From Deinococcaceae bacterium (GTDB lineage Bacteria; Deinococcota; Deinococci; Deinococcales; Trueperaceae), in NCBI GenBank assembly GCA_040256005.1, contig JBDZWC010000003.1, positions 24,362 to 67,828 of the forward strand: a stretch of 43,467 bases of DNA, written 5' to 3'. The position numbers and the translations under genes were made by a program. This document shows positions 36,730 to 43,467 of the stretch, one piece after another; position 1 is the stretch's first letter, and every line of letters starts with the position of its first letter. The notes under the pieces were generated by a model. That model saw only the letters and a list, made by a program, of their open reading frames with translations. It searched no databases and had not been told where the DNA came from.

Positions 36730-37431
36730 GTGCCGACAGGCGAGGGGACAGGGTCGCCCGGACAGGGCGTGGCCGCGGCCGCGGCCGTCTACCGGAAGAG
36801 GGTCGCCGGCCACCGAGTCGAACTGTGGGACGACACGACGGGTATGCGCTGCGCCGTGACTCGAGTCCGAGACGAGGCCGTGTTCGCGCAACTCGAGATA
36901 CAGTCCGAGTCGGACGGGCGGCTGTGGCGCTGCGAGCCCAACCGCAAGGTCATGCCCACGAGCTGGTGGCTGGCGGAAGAGGGGAGCGGCCGGACCACCA
37001 CCTTCTCGCAACGCGTCGCCCCCAAGCTGCTCAACCCTTTAGGCAGACGGCTCCTGTCCCTGGAGCGCTCCTGGGCCGCCGGCCCCTTCCACGTGGTTGA
37101 CGTACGCCGGCTGGGACCGGGGTGGCTCCTGGGCATCACCGCCTCAGACTGGGCGCTGGTGCGAGGCGACACGCCGGTCGCGGCGTTCGGCTACGCCCGG
37201 CAGCCCGAGGAACGAAGTGAGCAGGCCGAGGCGGGCGCGAAGCGACGGGTGGACGGTGTCGAGCGGCTGGCCAACCGGCAGCCTGGGATCCTCGCCGGCC
37301 TCTCCGAGTTGGCGCGCTCGCTCGGCTCGCACGACCGGGCACTCACCTCCCTGGGGCCCGAGCATGCGCTCGAGCCCGCGGAAGCGCTGGTGCTGCTACT
37401 ACTGTTCGAGTCTTTGACTGAGAGCACGTAA
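36730..37431 (+). CDS. Hypothetical protein
   Basis: 233-aa ORF filling the gap; TAGACT -10 box 6 nt before GTG 36730. Confidence 0.65.
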   Translation: MPTGEGTGSPGQGVAAAAAVYRKRVAGHRVELWDDTTGMRCAVTRVRDEAVFAQLEIQSESDGRLWRCEPNRKVMPTSWWLAEEGSGRTTTFSQRVAPKLLNPLGRRLLSLERSWAAGPFHVVDVRRLGPGWLLGITASDWALVRGDTPVAAFGYARQPEERSEQAEAGAKRRVDGVERLANRQPGILAGLSELARSLGSHDRALTSLGPEHALEPAEALVLLLLFESLTEST

Positions 37432-37444
37432 ATGCAAAGCGTGA

Positions 37445-39823
37445 CTATGGTTTGAGTTCGAGAAATCTCCAAAAGGCCCTATTCACCTCATACCTGGTGG
37501 GCGAACCGCCGTTCCCCTGCAGCCGCCGTGCAAGAGCAGTAGCCTTCTCGCGTTCAAGGTCATCGAAGTCACTTATGTATTCATATCGACCTAGGTCTAC
37601 CTCGAGGCCCAAAAATGACAAGTTCTTTAGCACTCCGATATATTCGTCTACCATTTGCGAATCGATGTTGGCGAGGCCCGCATATCGAACTATGTCGTCC
37701 CTAGTCACGACGCGCGGACCGCCAACAAATTCCAAAAGCAGCTCTTCCACACGTGGTACACGGCTAGAGGCCTCGACTACCAGACTCTCGAATGCAAACT
37801 GTGAATATCGTAGGACTGCATCCTCCAAATCTTCTCCCTGGATGCGGTCATGACGTCGATTTATGGCGTTAGCGAGTGCCTCTTTTGCGAGATAAATGAT
37901 GTCACGGGGTCGGGGGAGGACGCTGTCTGACAAGTAGATCCGCGCAGGTATACGTCCAATGTTATCGAAGTACCTTTCCCAGACTTCATTCGGCTCTGTG
38001 ATGCTTGTAGAAGAGCGCAGAAATCGTTCTTCTATTACTCGAAGTAATACGGCCGGGTCCCTCCATTGGAGGCGCTTAGGCACTATTTTGTCAGGTTCTC
38101 GAGCAGATCGATATACGTAGTTGAATATGTCGCTTCGCAGAAACAGTATTAGCGACAAATTTACGCGCTCCCGCCAATGGTCTTGTCTATCAAAGTCCCT
38201 GGTTATACTTTGACTTACGCTCAATAGCCGAAAAAGTGCCTCTCCCAACAAATCCAGCGTTGGTCCCCGTTCCCAAGCTTTGTCAAGATTGTCGATCAAT
38301 ACTACGACGCGTTCAGAACTGGACAGGATCTTGCCCAATTGTGACCTTGCATCAGCCAGCAGTTGCTCATGTAAGAGTTCGCTTACGCGCACCCTTTGGT
38401 TGGCCGGGGTTTCGCCGTGGGGTACGTGGAGGAGATTTCTTACGGCGTTGTCTAGGCGAATTGAGAAGGGGGTCAAGAAGATCGAAGCATGTTTCTCCAC
38501 GAAATCCATAAAGACTTGTTCGCCCTCTTGGAACCCCACGAAACTGGGACGACTGGTCAATATCGCGTGCACACTTGCAACCAACTCGGAGTAGATAAGA
38601 AACTTCCATAGACTCTCGAATAGATAGCTCCGTTCAGAAAATTCGGCCACGTGCTCAAGGAGGCGGACTAATCCCTGCAATTCATAAGACACGGGTTTTA
38701 TCGCACATAGATGGACCCGCTTGTCTTGAGAAAGAGTTTCCCGCAGCATAAGAAACATGGCGGTCTTGCCGGAACCTTTTCTACCTACAACTACCGCGTG
38801 CCGGGCAACCAATGCCTCGCTAAAAGCCGCGGTCTCAACAAAATACTCCGCGAGATCTTCTGGTTCGTTTTCCGAGATAAACTCTCCCAGAGAAACCCTG
38901 TGAAGACCCTTGGTACTGCCAAATGTCCTTTTTCGTCTCGTTACCGTGAGTTCCTCTAAGAACGGCTCTTGTTGGTCGCCTAACCAATTCTTCGCTACAG
39001 CTTCGCATTCTTCGGCAGTTTTGTGCACGCGGAGCATATCGCGATAGTCGAAAGGTGCACTACTATATGGTCCGTGCGCTAATAGGAGGACCTTTCTGTT
39101 GAATCCGTACGCCAACCCAGCTGCAAAGGAGAGCTTGTTGTTATGACTATGAAATCCTTCGTGCTCTGGACTTAGGAAATGGGCTATTAGTCCATACGAA
39201 TTGTGAGTATGACGCGCATACCAAGTCAAGGTATTTGCGGAGATTTCAGCTGGATCATCGACAATATAGGGAAGTTTGGAGTGCTCTACTGCGCGAGTTA
39301 AGCGTACCGAGGCTTCCGTGTTGGCGGCTGCCGGCAGATAGAGTAATCCTCGTATGTCACGTGAACCTGTGACCTGGTCTCTTGATGAAAGCACTTGCTC
39401 AATTGTCGCATCGTATACGCTCTGGGAAGTTTGATGGGGTCGTTCACGGTGAAATGCTTCGACTACCTCACTACTATTGCGATATGGGACATAGCCGAGT
39501 GTAGAAAGGTAGGTTGTGCGCCCATATGCCGCGGGTGCTTCTCGAAAACTTCTATTGAGCGTTACCCAAATCTTCCTTCGTTGCGCAATTGCAAATCCAA
39601 GTTCGAAAAGGACATTCGGATTGAGATATGTTAGGTCGCAGATGAACAAGTCGGCAGCGGAGATCGCCCTGCAAATGTTGTTCACAAGCATTTGTCCGCC
39701 CTGGGCGAGGTCTGACCACGGAGTTACTGCAATGTGCTCATTGTCGGCAATTGTCCTTGCTGCGGCAACCAGTGTCTCTCTTTGGTCTTCGCGCGAACCG
39801 TCGAAGGCTAAGAATGCTTGCAT
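37445..39823 (-). CDS. P-loop ATPase (Sll1717-like) with N-terminal nucleoside-deoxyribosyltransferase/TIR-like domain(s); low GC
   Basis: ADLFICDLTYLNPNVLFELGFA motif, Walker A VVGRKGSGKT, Walker B VLIDNLD, LRSDI and RPRD motifs; GC about 45-50% by eye. Confidence 0.85.
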   Translation of the reverse strand: MQAFLAFDGSREDQRETLVAAARTIADNEHIAVTPWSDLAQGGQMLVNNICRAISAADLFICDLTYLNPNVLFELGFAIAQRRKIWVTLNRSFREAPAAYGRTTYLSTLGYVPYRNSSEVVEAFHRERPHQTSQSVYDATIEQVLSSRDQVTGSRDIRGLLYLPAAANTEASVRLTRAVEHSKLPYIVDDPAEISANTLTWYARHTHNSYGLIAHFLSPEHEGFHSHNNKLSFAAGLAYGFNRKVLLLAHGPYSSAPFDYRDMLRVHKTAEECEAVAKNWLGDQQEPFLEELTVTRRKRTFGSTKGLHRVSLGEFISENEPEDLAEYFVETAAFSEALVARHAVVVGRKGSGKTAMFLMLRETLSQDKRVHLCAIKPVSYELQGLVRLLEHVAEFSERSYLFESLWKFLIYSELVASVHAILTSRPSFVGFQEGEQVFMDFVEKHASIFLTPFSIRLDNAVRNLLHVPHGETPANQRVRVSELLHEQLLADARSQLGKILSSSERVVVLIDNLDKAWERGPTLDLLGEALFRLLSVSQSITRDFDRQDHWRERVNLSLILFLRSDIFNYVYRSAREPDKIVPKRLQWRDPAVLLRVIEERFLRSSTSITEPNEVWERYFDNIGRIPARIYLSDSVLPRPRDIIYLAKEALANAINRRHDRIQGEDLEDAVLRYSQFAFESLVVEASSRVPRVEELLLEFVGGPRVVTRDDIVRYAGLANIDSQMVDEYIGVLKNLSFLGLEVDLGRYEYISDFDDLEREKATALARRLQGNGGSPTRYEVNRAFWRFLELKP

Positions 39824-40060
39824 AACCTAGAGACCCCCATAGGTCAGTGTCAATTCGCTTTGTCGCTAATTTAGCATTCTTTGTAGCGCACTGCGCATCG
39901 GGTTACCGCTAGAGAAATGAGTACTTGCGGATTCTTCTCACCTCTATCCCATAGTGTGGTAGCTTGCCGCCGAGGAATCGTTCGCCGAACTTATCGAACT
40001 TGGTTGTCATACCGGTACCGTTTCAAAAAGCGTGGCGTACCATAAGCGTTGGAGGTGTCC

Positions 40061-41479
40061 ATGCCAGAATCTTTGAAGGAACATTTGAATCTGTCTAATG
40101 TTCAGCACGCCGCCTTGGCCTTAGCGATCTTTTCTACAGGGTTCATTTCGTTGGCGCAGGACTCTGCGCAACCAGCGCTGCCTCCGGCCGAGTACCTGCC
40201 CGACGTGAGCTACACCCTCACCACGGGCTTGCTGGCGGGTCGCATGGCCTTCATCGGCGTGGGTGGCGCCATAGACGGCATGGCCAACCCGACGCTCACC
40301 GCGCGGCCCGGTCAGGTCGTGCAGATCACCCTTATCAACGGCGACAACGTCGAGCACGACATCTTCGTGGAGGGGTTCGCCGGCGCCCACTCGCCCCCCG
40401 TGAGGCAGCAGGGCGCTAGCGTCAGCATCGTATTCAGGGCAGACCAAGAGGGCGAGTTCTCGTACTGGTGCACGGTCCCCGGACACAGGCAGGCCGGCAT
40501 GGAGGGGACCTTCGTCGTCGGCGACGCCCAAGCCCAGCCGGAGCGGGACCTTCCCAGTATCTCGAGACCGGCCACCGACGTGCCGCCGCCCCCAGATCCC
40601 GGTGCCGGACCTGTGCGCCACGAGGTCGTGCTGGAGACGATCGAGAGGGACGCCTACCTGGCCGACGGCACCACGTACCGGTACTGGACCTTCAACAACC
40701 AGGTGCCGGGCCCGTTCATCCGCGTGAAGCTCGGGGACACCGTCGACGTGGTGCTGGAGAACCCGGAGGACAGCAACTTCATCCACTCGGTGGACCTGCA
40801 CGCGGTGACAGGGCCGGGCGGTGGGGCGGTCTCCACGCAGACTCTGCCCGGTGACCGGACCGGCTTCTCGTTCAAGGCCATCAACCCGGGTCTGTACATC
40901 TACCATTGCGCGACGCCGATGGTCGCGCACCACATCGCCAACGGCATGTACGGGATGATCCTGGTCGAGCCCGAGGGCGGGCTCCCGCCGGTGGACCGCG
41001 AGTTCTACGTCATGCAGGGCGAGATCTACACGGCCGACGTCTTCGGCGTGCCGGGCCACCAGGCGTTCAGCGTCACGAAGCTCCTCAATGAGCATCCCGA
41101 GTACTACGTGTTCAACGGCGCCGTGAACGCGCTCAACGACCAACCGCTCGAGGCGAACGTCGGTGAGACTGTGCGGATCTACTTCGGCGTGGGAGGGCCC
41201 AACAAGATAAGCAGCTTCCACGTCATCGGCGAGATCTTCGACCGCGTCTACCACGAAGGCAGCCTGACGACGGAGCCGCTAAGGGACATCCACGTCACCC
41301 AGGTACCGGCAGGCGGCACCGCTATGGTGGAGTTCAAAGTCGAGGTCCCGGGAGAGTACGTGCTCGTCGACCACGCGCTATCCAGGGCCGAGCGTGGCCT
41401 CTCCGGCACGCTGGTCGTCCATGGCGATCCGAACCCGGAGATCTACGACGGCCCGGTGAACGCCCCGGCGGGGCACTAG
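40061..41479 (+). CDS. nirK: Copper-containing nitrite reductase with an extra N-terminal cupredoxin domain
   Basis: Signal peptide; N-domain HDI ... YWCTVPGHRQAGM; core HSVDLHAV, YHCATPMVAHHIANGMYG, SSFHVIGEIFD, VDHAL; GGAGGT before ATG 40061. Confidence 0.94.
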   Translation: MPESLKEHLNLSNVQHAALALAIFSTGFISLAQDSAQPALPPAEYLPDVSYTLTTGLLAGRMAFIGVGGAIDGMANPTLTARPGQVVQITLINGDNVEHDIFVEGFAGAHSPPVRQQGASVSIVFRADQEGEFSYWCTVPGHRQAGMEGTFVVGDAQAQPERDLPSISRPATDVPPPPDPGAGPVRHEVVLETIERDAYLADGTTYRYWTFNNQVPGPFIRVKLGDTVDVVLENPEDSNFIHSVDLHAVTGPGGGAVSTQTLPGDRTGFSFKAINPGLYIYHCATPMVAHHIANGMYGMILVEPEGGLPPVDREFYVMQGEIYTADVFGVPGHQAFSVTKLLNEHPEYYVFNGAVNALNDQPLEANVGETVRIYFGVGGPNKISSFHVIGEIFDRVYHEGSLTTEPLRDIHVTQVPAGGTAMVEFKVEVPGEYVLVDHALSRAERGLSGTLVVHGDPNPEIYDGPVNAPAGH

Positions 41480-41491
41480 GCGAGGCGTGAC

Positions 41492-41776
41492 GTGAGCCGC
41501 GGCTCGCCTCACCGGGGCGAGCCCCTCGGCACCGGCCCCAGTCTGACTACCCAGGCGCAGGTGGACGGACGCGCGCTCTTCGACAGGCACTGCAGTAAGT
41601 GCCACCCAGGTGGCGCCGCCGGCTTGGCACCAGGCATCAACAACAAACCTGTGCCTGGCTGGCTCGTCCGCGCTCAGGTGCGCATCGGCCTCGGCGCGAT
41701 GCCGCCTTTCCCTCGTGACGCGATCTCGGCTGAAGAGCTCGACGCCATCGTCGCCTACGTGCTGGCGCTCAAGTAA
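41492..41776 (+). CDS. Small monoheme cytochrome c lacking a signal peptide
   Basis: CSKCH, GAMPPF, LDAIVAYV; GAGG before the GTG; same reading frame as nirK. Confidence 0.8.
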   Translation: MSRGSPHRGEPLGTGPSLTTQAQVDGRALFDRHCSKCHPGGAAGLAPGINNKPVPGWLVRAQVRIGLGAMPPFPRDAISAEELDAIVAYVLALK

Positions 41777-41905
41777 CTGGGCGCTAGCTCCGAGGCGACC
41801 TGGTTCGCGAGCAGGCCGCATCTGGACCTCATCCGCGCGCTTCCCGTGACCCGCGTCTTCGGCCGCTTGACGTTCGGGAAGGTGTCTGTGTAACCTTCCG
41901 CTGTC

Positions 41906-41930
41906 AATCCATAGTGGTCTACTAGGGATT
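41906..41930. promoter_or_regulatory. 25-bp imperfect palindrome upstream of the iron ABC operon (putative repressor site)
   Basis: AATCC-A-TAGT-GGTCT-ACTA-G-GGATT, 75 nt upstream of the ATG. Confidence 0.6.
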
Positions 41931-42004
41931 GGCTCCAGATACCCAGCCGGGCCGCCTGTGGAGCCGATTGCTACCGCTCTGGCGCCCGTGAAAGTGAGCC
42001 GAGA

Positions 42005-42997
42005 ATGCGACCCGTCAAGCTGACCCTGGCACTGGTGGCCGCCATGCTCTTCGCGTCCGCGATGGCCCAGACCCTGACCCTCTACGTGGGCCGTGGTGAG
42101 GCCCTGGCCGGCCCGATCATCGAGCGTTTCGAGCAGGAGACAGGCGTCGACGTCGCGGTGCGCTACGGCAGCACGGCCGAGCTGGCCGTCCTTATCTCGG
42201 AGGAGGGCGCCGCGAGCCCCGCGGACGGCTTCTGGGCGCAGGACGCTGGCGCCTTGGGCGCGCTGGCCAAGGCCGGCGCGTTGGCGCCAGTCTCGGATGA
42301 GCTGTTCGCGAACATCGCCGAGAAGCAGCGGGTGCCCGAGAACCTCTGGGTGCCGGTGAGCGCCAGGAACAGGACCCTCATCTACTCCACCGACAGGGTG
42401 GACGCGGCCGAGCTCCCCACCAGTGTCTTGGACCTGACGGACGAGCGTTACCAAGGACGCGTCGCCTGGGCCCCCACCAACGGCTCGTTCCAGTCCTTCG
42501 TGACCGCACTGCGGGTCACGCACGGCGAGGACGTGGCCGAGGAGTGGCTGCGCGGGATGATCGCGAACGGCGCCAAGGCGTACCCGAACAACAACGCCCA
42601 GCTGGACGCCGTGGCGTCGGGTGAGGTGGATTTCGGGCTCGTCAACAACTACTATCTCCTGAGGCGCCTCGCCGAGGAGCCGAGCTTCCCGGTGGCGCAG
42701 ACGTTCTTCGCTGACGGCGACATAGGCAACCTCGCGAACGTCACCGGCATCGGCGTCGTGAAGACCTCCGACGCGCCGGAGCTCATGCACCGTTTCATCG
42801 CGTTCCTGCTCTCCGACGAGGCACAGCAGTTCTTCACCAACGACAACCACGAGTACCCCATCACGACGACGGTCGCTCCGCACCCGTCTTTGGCCAGCAA
42901 CGCCGAGGCCACGGCGGCCGCGCCGGAGGTAGATCTGGGGGCCATCGACGACCTCGAGGGCACACTGCGCCTGCTGCGTGAGGTGGGCCTGCTCTGA
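42005..42997 (+). CDS. Fe3+ ABC transporter substrate-binding protein (FbpA/FutA-like)
   Basis: Signal peptide, LTLYVGR, SPADGFWAQDAG, APTNGSF, VNNYY tandem-Tyr iron ligands, NHEYP. Confidence 0.9.
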   Translation: MRPVKLTLALVAAMLFASAMAQTLTLYVGRGEALAGPIIERFEQETGVDVAVRYGSTAELAVLISEEGAASPADGFWAQDAGALGALAKAGALAPVSDELFANIAEKQRVPENLWVPVSARNRTLIYSTDRVDAAELPTSVLDLTDERYQGRVAWAPTNGSFQSFVTALRVTHGEDVAEEWLRGMIANGAKAYPNNNAQLDAVASGEVDFGLVNNYYLLRRLAEEPSFPVAQTFFADGDIGNLANVTGIGVVKTSDAPELMHRFIAFLLSDEAQQFFTNDNHEYPITTTVAPHPSLASNAEATAAAPEVDLGAIDDLEGTLRLLREVGLL

Positions 42998-43467
42998 GCC
43001 TCACCGCGCTGCTGGCGCCGCGGGCCCGGACCGCGCGATCGCCTTGGTACGTCGTCGTCCCGGCCGTCCTGGTCGGGGCGGCGACGTTGTTGCCGTTGGT
43101 GTACCTGGTCGTGAGGGCGCTGGAACTCGACGTGGCCACGTTCGTGGAGCTGGCCCTACGCAACCGCAACCTGCGTCTCCTGGGCAACACCGCTTCCCTC
43201 GCCGGTCTCGTGCTGATCGGCGGGACGCTCATCGCGGTGCCTCTCGCCTGGTTGGTGACCCGCACTGACCTGCGCGGACGCAGGCTCATCACCTGGCTGG
43301 CGGTCACGCCCTTGGCCGTGCCCGGCTACGTCATGGCCTACGCCCTGCTCGGGTTGGGCGGCTACCAGGGCGTCGCGATGAGGCTCTTCGACGTGCTGCT
43401 GCCACGTCCCAGCGGGCTATGGGGCGCTGCGGCCGCCCTGACGCTGTACACGTTCCCGTACATCTTC
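42994..43467 (+). CDS. Fe3+ ABC transporter permease (FbpB-like), partial
   Basis: Hand translation: LLPLVYLVVRA ... LLGNT ... LAWLVTRTDLRGR ... PLAVPGYV ... YTFPYIF; open to the window edge; probable CTG start overlapping the upstream TGA. Confidence 0.88.
   Translation, partial: MSLTALLAPRARTARSPWYVVVPAVLVGAATLLPLVYLVVRALELDVATFVELALRNRNLRLLGNTASLAGLVLIGGTLIAVPLAWLVTRTDLRGRRLITWLAVTPLAVPGYVMAYALLGLGGYQGVAMRLFDVLLPRPSGLWGAAAALTLYTFPYIF

Noticed and set aside
35928..37100. 390-aa plus-strand ORF overlapping cphB
   Set aside because: Alternate frame with Arg/Gly-biased composition; the 36730 frame has the better start context.
39840..40060. FNR/NnrR-type box upstream of nirK
   Set aside because: No convincing TTGAT-N4-ATCAA match.
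41477..41479. Pyrrolysine or selenocysteine recoding at the nirK stop
   Set aside because: The codon is TAG, so not selenocysteine; no pyl genes are seen and other genes here use TAG as a normal stop.
41378..42883. 501-aa minus-strand ORF
   Set aside because: Shadow across the nirK end, the cytochrome and the iron SBP; no domain signal.

Overview
High-GC (about 65-70% by eye) bacterial chromosomal window with about 37 genes. An OmpH/Skp gene, '...A-Q' signal peptides and many leaderless -10/start arrangements suggest a diderm Deinococcota (Trueperaceae-like) host; this is inference. From left to right: a partial dnaE2-like polymerase divergent from a UdgX-type uracil-DNA glycosylase; a Nudix hydrolase; a low-GC PD-(D/E)XK nuclease on the end of a Tat-dependent sugar-type ABC operon; an ArsR-SRPBCC pair with visible operators; an IclR-peptide ABC-three-hydrolase catabolic operon; a cupin, a pentapeptide-repeat protein, a CopB ATPase and OmpH; tandem DUF899 genes plus YciI; an anion permease; a seven-gene respiratory operon (CoxII-cytochrome c, CoxI/III fusion with altered proton-channel residues, membrane protein, CtaG, cytochrome c, gluconate-2-dehydrogenase-like small and flavoprotein subunits); a cyanophycinase-like peptidase; a low-GC orphan NDT/TIR-like-domain P-loop ATPase (candidate anti-phage gene); a cupredoxin-fused NirK with an in-frame, signal-less cytochrome c behind one TAG; and the start of an Fe3+ ABC transporter. 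No rRNA, tRNA, CRISPR array, transposase or integrase was recognised. All family calls come from motifs read by eye, not from database searches.
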